64,000 nucleotides of DNA, taken from assembly GCA_963803145.1 (NCBI GenBank), contig CAWDLW010000015.1:361733-425732 (forward strand), read 5' to 3'. The notes beneath the pieces are model-generated. The model searched no databases and was not told the DNA's origin. It saw only the letters and a list, made by a program, of their open reading frames with translations. The stretch's first letter is position 1; every line of letters begins with the position of its first letter. The position numbers and the translations under genes were made by a program. Of this stretch, positions 1-8,147 are shown in pieces. The DNA is from Methanotrichaceae archaeon (GTDB lineage Archaea; Halobacteriota; Methanosarcinia; Methanotrichales; Methanotrichaceae).

Positions 1-429
1 GACCCCTTTGCCTCTAATAAAGTCACAAGTGTCTTCTTTTGCACCGTCAAGACTTATTTGTATATTATCTATTTTACTTTTTTTAAGCTTGGTGACAATA
101 GTCTCGTCTATTAAAGTGCCGTTGCTCAATATATTTTTTCTTATTTCTGGAAATTTTTGGTTACAATAGTCCAATAAATTGAAGAACTCATCCCCAAGAA
201 TAAATGGCTCTCCTCCTGTAAAGGCAATCTTCGGAACTTTTTTTATTTTTTTACAGAATTTTGCGAAATCTGATATTATCTTTTTTTTCCGATCAAAATT
301 AGTTTCTGTTCCTATATATTCTAAATTCTGATAACAATGTTTACACTTAAGATTACATTTATCAGTAAGATGCCATTGTAAGATAAATGCCTGTTGAAAC
401 TGGTTTTGCTTTTCAAAATTATGGTTCAT
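1..429 (-). CDS. Radical SAM protein, PqqE/SkfB-like peptide-maturase type (5' part; runs off the window)
   Basis: Not in ORF track. Manual translation from ATG at 429 (GGTGA RBS upstream): MNHNFEKQNQFQQAFILQWHLTDKCNLKCKHCYQ...IAFTGGEPF...ILSNGTLID...IQISLDGAKEDTCDFIRGKGV; CxxxCxxC, GGEP and SLDG motifs. Confidence 0.93.
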   Translation of the reverse strand, partial: MNHNFEKQNQFQQAFILQWHLTDKCNLKCKHCYQNLEYIGTETNFDRKKKIISDFAKFCKKIKKVPKIAFTGGEPFILGDEFFNLLDYCNQKFPEIRKNILSNGTLIDETIVTKLKKSKIDNIQISLDGAKEDTCDFIRGKGV

Positions 430-559
430 TCGGTCTCACCTAATTTAAATAAGACATATTTATTCATGCCACGAATAATTAAAGGTTCTCTATTCACAAT
501 TCAATCATTACAAAGAGATTGTTTTATTAAACTTTTCCTAACTATAGAGGATTCGCATG

Positions 560-870
560 AGAACCACTTCATCGACACCGCGTAAGGAGCATGTCAGCCA
601 CATGCACCCGATCATTCTTCCTGATTTCATAGCCACCCCCGTTAAAGGAGGTCTATCCTGAAGTTATAAGCATCTCTGGCGTGTGGAATTGGTCGGTGAC
701 GATACAAATATCTTGTCTCTCGATGGATTGATCCAATTCGCTTGTAAGCACTTTGAGGAAAACGAATGGCAATCAATAATAAGGCAGCGCTCAAAATTGT
801 TCCAATATTTTTTGCACTTATTCTCTAAGCGCCTCATTATACGGCCTGAAGCAGGTGGCACGCATTTCAT
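560..870 (-). pseudogene. Degraded fragment resembling N-formylglutamate amidohydrolase
   Basis: Fragments CLIIDCHSFS and, in another frame, RQDICIVTDQFHTP; boundaries approximate. Confidence 0.4.
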
Positions 871-889
871 CCTTTTAATATGAAAATGA

Positions 890-1700
890 TTTGATCCATA
901 TCTATGCAGTTTCCGCTTTTGCCACGAATATCCAGCCTTTTCAAGTTATCTCAATATCGATCGCGCTCGCTTCTTCAAGACTCTTTCGCAAATTGCTTCA
1001 GTTCCTATTATCATGATAAGGCTCACCTTTATTGAGGACAAAATAGATATCGATCAGTATACGATGCGCTATGGCAACAAGAGCCCTTATTTGCCACTCC
1101 TTCTGGCAATATTGTCGTAGCAGTGGATTCAACCTGCGTAAAGGTCACGAGAAAGGAGAATAGGTAGGAGAGAAACATGGTACTGAGCCCAGAGGTTAGA
1201 TCAAGTTACATATCGCTGTTGATATTGAGACGAAGAAACCAATATCTTTCGAGATCACTGATGAGAGAACGCCTGACGTAAGATGGTCAGGCCTCAACTG
1301 AATGGCGTATTGATGAAGGATTCTATAATGGATACTGGCTATGATACTGAAGTCGTATTTAAATTTATAAAGGAGTGACATTGGCTAATATCAACGTCAG
1401 AAAGAATGCTATTGTTAAGGCGGGTACTGAGATGGCTGAGTCAGTTCTGGAATTAAAGAAATATGGATATGGTAGCTGGAAAAAGATTCAAAAATATAGC
1501 AAGAGATGGGCAGCAGAAAGCTTCTTTTCTGTGATCAAAAGAATCTTTGGAAAAACTGTTAGATCTAACTCTTTAGAAGACATGATAATGTAAGTAGCAG
1601 GCGGATAGCGCCTTTTAATATAATATTATCATGGTTAGATATTGAAATTTATTCATTAAATACATTATCGTATATCAATAATTATTCAATTATCCAACAC
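890..1700 (+). mobile_element. IS5-family transposase relic with stops and frameshifts
   Basis: Fragments IVVAVDSTCVKVT, IKLHIAVDIETKK, YSKRWAAESFFSVIKRIFG; boundaries approximate. Confidence 0.75.
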
Positions 1701-1815
1701 AGTGTGGTATATGAAGTCAACGGTTTCGGGACTCTACAATTTAGGAATTCTCAAGCGAAATATTCATTAATACAGACAACGAAAGTACAAAGGTTATAAT
1801 TATTGGAGATTAAAA

Positions 1816-1917
1816 ATGAAATATGAAAAACCTGAAATCACGGAGCTAGAACTAAATGACGAAATAGATGATGATGAAATAAGCATAAATTGCGAAGGGT
1901 GCGGATGTGGAACTTAG
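1816..1917 (+). CDS. Putative RiPP precursor peptide, 33 aa: MKYEKPEITELELNDEIDDDEISINCEGCGCGT
   Basis: Below ORF-track cutoff; GGAG RBS upstream; YxxP leader motif, acidic linker, Cys/Gly-rich C-terminus; just upstream of a PqqD/RRE gene. Confidence 0.8.
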   Translation: MKYEKPEITELELNDEIDDDEISINCEGCGCGT

Positions 1918-2056
1918 TCAAATGGCGGCGATGCGCCCCACTGCAAGCAGCGGAGCATGCAAGGCACTGCCGCATAATTCACAGTTGGCTAACTGATCCC
2001 ACCTACGTTGGATGAGAATGCTCTTTTATCCAAGCCACACCAAGCTGTAGGGTATT
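1916..2056 (-). mobile_element. Non-autonomous IS200/IS605-type mini-element (~140 bp)
   Basis: Both ends are degenerate reverse complements of the two hairpin ends of the IS200 element at 3156-3763; no ORF inside. Confidence 0.7.
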
Positions 2057-2104
2057 ACTTTTAAAATAAAATGCGAAAAACCTGAAATTAAGGAATAGGG
2101 ACAT

Positions 2105-2356
2105 ATGGAAATTTCCAGGTCGATTAAGATGGTTAGGCGACTTGATAAAATACTACTATATTCGTCAGAGGAAGGAGATTTATTCCAGATAAATGAAATA
2201 GGCGCTTTTATTTTAGAAAAAATAAGAACGGGGAAAAATGAGAGAGAAATAGTTTTAGAACTGGAAAAAGAAACATATGAAAAAGAGGATAGAATAAAAG
2301 AGGATGTAAAAGAGTTTTTAGGAATCCTTAAAGAAAAAGGCATAATAAATGATTGA
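2105..2356 (+). CDS. PqqD family protein / RiPP recognition element (RRE)
   Basis: 83 aa; LFQINEIGAFILE...IVLELEKETYE...DVKEFLGILKEKGII pattern typical of PqqD. Confidence 0.9.
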   Translation: MEISRSIKMVRRLDKILLYSSEEGDLFQINEIGAFILEKIRTGKNEREIVLELEKETYEKEDRIKEDVKEFLGILKEKGIIND

Positions 2357-3155
2357 TAGTAGATTAATTGGTATTCTTGATAGAGATGTATTAATTCTTA
2401 TAAAAATTTTGAAGAGGATGCAAAAGGTAGGTATAGAAAATTCACGGCAAACACAAGTTGCAGGTGCATTATTGAAATTGGGTCTGGATAAAGAGGATGA
2501 ATCTCTACAAAAAGTCCTTCAGGTATCCATACAAAGAACCGAGGAAAATAAAATCTCTGATATGAGCGAAGCAATAAATTGTCTGAAATTGTTTTCCTTT
2601 TATAAAAGATGTTTTGAAACAAGTGTAACGAAACTAGTAAATATTATTGTAGATTGTTTGAATGATGATGGAGGATTGGGGAAATTCAAAGGAGATAGAA
2701 GTAGAATTCCCATTTGTTGGAGTTTATTAGAATCTTTTTACTACCTCAACAAGGAGGAAGATAATAATATTGTAGAAATTATTAATTGCATGGAAAGAGA
2801 GTGGTCGAATGATATGAAATTCGGTGGATTAAGCTATAAATGTGCTGGAATACTAATTGCAGCCAATTACTATCCCCTATTTGATAATGAATTTATTGAG
2901 AAATCATTGAATTGGTTAATAAATGATCAATCCGAAGATGGTGGATGGAGTGCCAAGAAAGGTTTTTCTGTTGGTTCAGTTCCGTCTTATACTGGATTAG
3001 CATTGCGGGCACTAACAAACTATGGAAAAAGCGATGAAGTTGAAAATACAATTTCACATGGAATAGGTTGGCTAATAGCAACAAGGCAAAGGGGTTTATG
3101 GAAAGAACATCCGATAGAAAGAGCATTAATAGAAGTAGATTTGTTTTTATTTTAA
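2349..3155 (+). CDS. Prenyltransferase/squalene-oxidase repeat (alpha/alpha toroid) protein
   Basis: QW-type repeats LNDDGGLG and WLINDQSEDGGW, TGLALRAL, GIGWLIA; start overlaps the PqqD stop. Confidence 0.8.
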   Translation: MIDSRLIGILDRDVLILIKILKRMQKVGIENSRQTQVAGALLKLGLDKEDESLQKVLQVSIQRTEENKISDMSEAINCLKLFSFYKRCFETSVTKLVNIIVDCLNDDGGLGKFKGDRSRIPICWSLLESFYYLNKEEDNNIVEIINCMEREWSNDMKFGGLSYKCAGILIAANYYPLFDNEFIEKSLNWLINDQSEDGGWSAKKGFSVGSVPSYTGLALRALTNYGKSDEVENTISHGIGWLIATRQRGLWKEHPIERALIEVDLFLF

Positions 3156-3763
3156 CGAATACCCCACAGCTTGCTGTGGGGATGGCAAACTAACAGGGGA
3201 TTAATAAGGTATTTAGTTCTAGCAGGCGCTATCTGAATTAATGCTGGAATTGCGGCATGCAAGCCATTGTGTTTACAGAATCAGATATCATATGGTGCTT
3301 TGTGTAAAATATAGAAAGAAATTACTTATCGATCAGGAAAGGATAGACCTTTTTAAGAATGTATGTATTGAGATTGGTGAAAGATATTGTTTTGAATTTG
3401 ATGCTATTGGGACAGATGGAGACCATGTCCACGTTTTTGTTGGATCAGCGCCAAAATATGCGCCATCTAAGGTTATGCAAGTTATAAAAAGTATAACTGC
3501 AAGGCAAATTTTCAGAGCCTTTCCTGAAATCAGAAAACAACTTTGGGGTGGAGAGTTTTGGAGTGATGGTGGCTATATTGGTACCGTAGGTGAGGGTATA
3601 ACTGCTGAAATTATAAGAAATTATATTGAAAGGCAAGGATCGATTGAGGAGAAAGAAAGCTATAATCAAATGAAGCTGTTTGAATTTGAATAAGCGGGGC
3701 TATTGCGGCGGCGCCTCGCATGCCCCGCAGCTTGCTGCGCGGGTGCGCCGCCGCAGTTTGACT
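3156..3763 (+). mobile_element. IS200/IS605-family element (TnpA only)
   Basis: Subterminal hairpins ccccacagcttgctgtgggg (3162) and ccccgcagcttgctgcgcggg (3723) flank tnpA. Confidence 0.9.
3241..3693 (+). CDS. tnpA: IS200 Y1 (HUH) transposase
   Basis: YHMVLCVKYR, DHVHVFV (HUH), LWGGEFWSDGGY, IRNYIERQ. Confidence 0.95.
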   Translation: MLELRHASHCVYRIRYHMVLCVKYRKKLLIDQERIDLFKNVCIEIGERYCFEFDAIGTDGDHVHVFVGSAPKYAPSKVMQVIKSITARQIFRAFPEIRKQLWGGEFWSDGGYIGTVGEGITAEIIRNYIERQGSIEEKESYNQMKLFEFE

Positions 3764-3819
3764 CAATCAAATTTCATCCCAGCATAATAATAACATTTAA
3801 TACGAATTATTATTATAGT

Positions 3820-4584
3820 CTATTCAGTCTTCCACCAATCTCGATTTCCTGCAATCGCATCAGTTAGAAATTTCTTATGTCTTTCAATTTCTTCATAGAT
3901 TTCTCCATTCTTACAAATGAGGCCATGTCCTGGTACTAATATTTCGATCTTCATCTCTTTTAATTTTTCAAGCGATCGTATCCATAGTTCCCACAATTTA
4001 TGGTTTCCGAAACGCAATGTAGGTAAATATTTTGAGTAAATCAAATCGCCTACATAAATTACTCTCTCTTCAGGCATATAAACCGAAATATTAGTATCAG
4101 TATGTCCAGGCGTCAGAATTAGTTCCACTTCGATTCCACCTACACTTAATGATGTATCTTTTTCGATAAATTTATCTGGATTACAAACGATAGTCTTAGC
4201 AAAAAATTTTTCTATTTTCTTGGAGTCCTTCTGCTCTTTGAATCCTGATGAGAGTATATCGTTCATCCGGTTAATCATCGATTCCATATTCATATGTTTA
4301 TTATAAGCAATCATATTATATGCAATAATTTCGGCTCCGATTTCTTTGAAAATTGAATTGCCAAGCGTGTGATCAAAATGGAGTTCAGTATTGATCAAAT
4401 ACTTTATTTTATTCTGGGGTGCACTTACCTTAGCGTAACCTAAAATTGTTTGAGCTGATAGATAATTAAATGCGGAGTCGATAATCAATGTCTCTCCATC
4501 GCCTGTTATAAATCCGGCATTTACACTGAAACCAGTTTCATGAGCCAAACCAGTTACCGCAAAACAATGTCTACTAAGTTCCAT
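3820..4584 (-). CDS. MBL-fold metallo-hydrolase (cyclase-like)
   Basis: NTELHFDHTLGN (variant HxHxDH), TPGHT, GDL, LVPGHG. Confidence 0.9.
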   Translation of the reverse strand: MELSRHCFAVTGLAHETGFSVNAGFITGDGETLIIDSAFNYLSAQTILGYAKVSAPQNKIKYLINTELHFDHTLGNSIFKEIGAEIIAYNMIAYNKHMNMESMINRMNDILSSGFKEQKDSKKIEKFFAKTIVCNPDKFIEKDTSLSVGGIEVELILTPGHTDTNISVYMPEERVIYVGDLIYSKYLPTLRFGNHKLWELWIRSLEKLKEMKIEILVPGHGLICKNGEIYEEIERHKKFLTDAIAGNRDWWKTE

Positions 4585-4719
4585 AATTTGGTCTCCTTGC
4601 GGATTTAGAGATTAAATGATAGGATTACTATTAACTCTTGCTATTGAGCAGCTAATCCAATGTCGCTAATCACGTCGATATTATCCATTTTCCTTTAATT
4701 ATATCTTATATTGATTATT

Positions 4720-5130
4720 TTTTGCCAGTTTCCGCTAGTCTAGAGACATCCGAGGCAAAGATATTTCCAACACAAATTTGGAGACAGTGTCTCTAGCCCT
4801 TCTAGTCGAAACGCCCTGTAGATATGATTCTGCTATTGCAATTCTCAAAGACTTTTTATTCGGGATGATCAATCGGGTATGTGCGATTGGACGGGAAGCG
4901 CGCGAAATTGTGGCTTACTCAGAATTACTTCTCAGTGAAGGATCTGGAGGGATCTCTTTCTGGTGCCATTACGTCGCGTTCTCCTTCTGCCAGAATGTTC
5001 ATAGGGTTGGCCTGAATCTGGTTCAATGCCTCCTGTTGCATCACTTTATTCAAGAACCAAGTAATCAGATTCTTCATCCTATTACTACGATCAACAAGGC
5101 AATCTTCTGCTAAATCCTCAATATCATGGT
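4720..5130 (-). pseudogene. IS256-family transposase relic
   Basis: Reverse-strand fragments WFLNKVMQQEA, RRNGTRKRSL, AIAESYLQGVSTRR broken by stops and frameshifts; boundaries approximate. Confidence 0.7.
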
Positions 5131-5305
5131 TCAGTGTCCTTCCGTTATGTCCAATGGCCCAGGGGATACAGGGAGATATTATCTAGTTATCCTACCACTA
5201 ATTTACAGCAAAGTGGTACGCTGCCAGAATTGTTGACATTCAGAGTGGCAATTCATAGACGCCATACACGACCTAATGACGAGGGAAAAGAGAAACCTTT
5301 ATTTA

Positions 5306-6388
5306 TAGTTAATCATTGAGCTTATTGCCCTATAGATACATTTAATAATTAATGCGTGAAAATACATAGGCATGGGTAGAAAACCTATAATAATTAGGCA
5401 TATATCAAAGATAGACCTTGATAAATTATATAAAAAAGAGACTGATCTAAGGATTAAGGAACGGTTATTGGCAATAATACATTTATATGAAGGGAAAAAC
5501 GTATATGAGGTAGCTGATATTTTAAAAAGGGGCGAGAGGACAATAAAATATTGGTTAAGCAGATGGAATAATCAAGGCTATAATGGATTGACACCAAAGA
5601 ATAGAAATGGCAAAAAGCCAAAGATGTCTCTTGATGAATGGGATAGAGTTATTAAAGAAATTGAAGACAAAGGAATGACGATAAAAGACGTATTAAAATA
5701 TGTAAGGGATACAAGAGGTATAGATTTTTCATATAAATATGGCTGGCGAATTTTAAGAGTAGTGAAAAAAGTTAAGTATGGGAAACCATACATCAGAAAT
5801 GAAAAGAGGCCTGCAGATGCAGAAAGTTTTTTAAAAAAGGATAAAATCAGTGCTGACCACTGTTACTGATCCTGTTATAGGATTTCTTGATGAAAGCTCT
5901 TTACAACAGCGCCCTAATACACGTAGAGTCTTAAACACTCATTTAATAAATTATAAACCTGGAAAGGTTAGATCAAGAACTATTTTTGGATTTATAGCAT
6001 TAAATGGCAATGATGAGGTTATGGTTTCCAACTCCTCTAAGAAGGAAGCGTTGATGGCATTTGCTCAAAATATAAGAAATAATAATATTATGAGGCCAAT
6101 TTGTATACTTTTAGATAATGCTAGAATTCATTTGGCCAAGAAATTTAGAAAACTAGCTGAGGAAATCGATATTCACTTAATTTATAATATCCCCTATTCA
6201 CCAGATTTGAATCCTATAGAATTCGGTTGGAAGGATTTCAAAAGAGAGATCGCCAAATACACTGATTTCGATGAAGCTATTATAGCTAGCCAAGATTGCG
6301 CTTTAGAAATATTTTATTCCAAAAAGGATGGATATTCAAAGTCCTGGGTGGAGCGATTTCTTAGTGCAAAAAGCTAGGAGATTAACTA
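5306..6388 (+). mobile_element. IS630-family element (copy A1), 1083 bp, TA target duplication
   Basis: Ends TAGTTAATC...GATTAACTA flanked by TA; orfA 5372-5869 (HTH) and orfB 5850-6377 (FLDES, LDNARIH, YSPDLNPIE). Confidence 0.95.
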
Positions 6389-6422
6389 TAATAACGACAG
6401 GGCAAGTACCCTTAGATGAGAT

Positions 6423-6902
6423 ATGGTCGACGATAATGTGGCTGATACGAAGATATATCTTGAATTGGATGATGAACTTAAAAACGTTCTAGAAGATAAC
6501 GAACTAGATATTTCCGATTTACTGCAAAACGAGGGAATTGAAGCAGTTGTCAAGCCAGGGACGGCACCGTACCAGACAGAAGATAATGATGCCAGAGATA
6601 AGGAACCAATTTCGATCATTATAGCCTGTAGTATTGCGATAGTTCCTATAGTATGGGCTATCTCCAAAGGATTAAGTACATTGTACAATAATAAGCCCAT
6701 AGTTGAAAAAATTAGCGAACTTGTGGAGTTAAGGGACGCGAATGATAACATATTGATGAATAAAGACGGAAATCCAATTTTTAAAAAAATAGAAAGGTAT
6801 GTGATACTTCAACCTAAATTAGAAGAAAAGCTGGAGATTAAGGCAACGTTTGATCTTAGAAATGGAATCGTCATCCAAATCAGTTCAGAAACGAAAAGCT
6901 AA
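6423..6902 (+). CDS. Small membrane protein, EACC1-like architecture (tentative)
   Basis: 159 aa with one central hydrophobic segment (PISIIIACSIAIVPIVWAIS); first gene of the caspase operon. Confidence 0.6.
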   Translation: MVDDNVADTKIYLELDDELKNVLEDNELDISDLLQNEGIEAVVKPGTAPYQTEDNDARDKEPISIIIACSIAIVPIVWAISKGLSTLYNNKPIVEKISELVELRDANDNILMNKDGNPIFKKIERYVILQPKLEEKLEIKATFDLRNGIVIQISSETKS

Positions 6903-6935
6903 CTGCGTAGTGATCCAGTTTAGAGTTTAATTAAG

Positions 6936-8147
6936 GTGGCTGCAATGGCTTATAAGGCATTTATCATTGGTATTAACACACTAGGCTTGAAATATTGTGA
7001 TAGAGATGCAGATCTGATGAAATATGCCCTCTCAAAACGCGGCTATAATGTAAATGTAATAAATAAAGAAGCGAAAAAGTATGATATCATGCCGAAATAT
7101 ATCGATATATTGGGAGATTGCCGAATAGTAGATACCTTAATTTTCTTTTTTTCAGGTCATGGCAAACCCATTGGGCGCGAACTTTTTTTATTTACCAAGG
7201 GAGATGGTTCGGACGAATTAAACAAGATTCCAATTAGTGAGATTTTGGGGCCTTTGGAACGGTGCGCCGCCAAAAACAAACTTGTAATCTTAGATTGTTG
7301 CCGGGCAGGAAGACTAAATGGTAGTGGTGAGTGGAATTGTCCTGAACCGGGGGATTTCTATCGCATTCTTGTTGCTGCGAATCCTCTAGAAAAGGCCAAA
7401 GAGATCGATGATTTGCGAGCAAGTTTTTTAACGCATAAAATTCATTCAGCACTTACAAATCCTCCCGAAGCTATCTTGGACAAAGGAAAAATTCGAATAA
7501 ACAACCTTTCTGATTGGCTACGTAAGCAGGCGGACTTACATAATGTGTCATCATTGATAAAAGTCCCCCGACCATATCTGATTGGAGCCGATAGGGCGGA
7601 TTTTGAGATCTGCATTCTTGAAAAGTCACTTATCGAGCCAATGGAAGGCAAAACCATAATCAATGATAGGCAATTGATTGATGAAATAAGAGAATGGAAA
7701 GTGATTCATACAAAATCGCAATCCCTTCAAGATCATCTAGCCGAAATGATTCGACATCTTCATATATCCCGATTTGAACCCTTTGGTTCAAAGGGTTTTA
7801 ATAATTCAATGCAAAGCGCGGAAAATGAATGGATACGATGCGCTTCTTATTTTAAAGAGATACTGGAGGATGTTAAGGGATTTCGCTACATTGCGGCGAA
7901 TGAGGCAGTTCTACAGTGTTTACCATACGCTACAGAACCATCTATTAAACCTATATTGGATCGGATTAGAATAGCAAAGAGCCCTGAAGACGCTTTAGAT
8001 ATCCAACGACTGATAGTCGATATTAAACAAGTTATAGATGAAATGCTTCATGTAGCTGATAAACAAATTGTCTTATTAGTTGATAAGCTAGCAATTAAAT
8101 CATCGTCCGAAACGATTGAGGCAAATCATGTCGTTACAGAAGCTTGA
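6936..8147 (+). CDS. Caspase-family (peptidase C14) protein with uncharacterised C-terminal helical domain
   Basis: AFIIGIN, FFFSGHG (catalytic His), VILDCCRAG (catalytic Cys). Confidence 0.9.
   Translation: MAAMAYKAFIIGINTLGLKYCDRDADLMKYALSKRGYNVNVINKEAKKYDIMPKYIDILGDCRIVDTLIFFFSGHGKPIGRELFLFTKGDGSDELNKIPISEILGPLERCAAKNKLVILDCCRAGRLNGSGEWNCPEPGDFYRILVAANPLEKAKEIDDLRASFLTHKIHSALTNPPEAILDKGKIRINNLSDWLRKQADLHNVSSLIKVPRPYLIGADRADFEICILEKSLIEPMEGKTIINDRQLIDEIREWKVIHTKSQSLQDHLAEMIRHLHISRFEPFGSKGFNNSMQSAENEWIRCASYFKEILEDVKGFRYIAANEAVLQCLPYATEPSIKPILDRIRIAKSPEDALDIQRLIVDIKQVIDEMLHVADKQIVLLVDKLAIKSSSETIEANHVVTEA

Noticed and set aside
4778-5319. ORFs of 111 aa and 61 aa on the + strand
   Set aside because: The first is antisense to an IS256 relic; the second has no motifs and runs into the IS630 end
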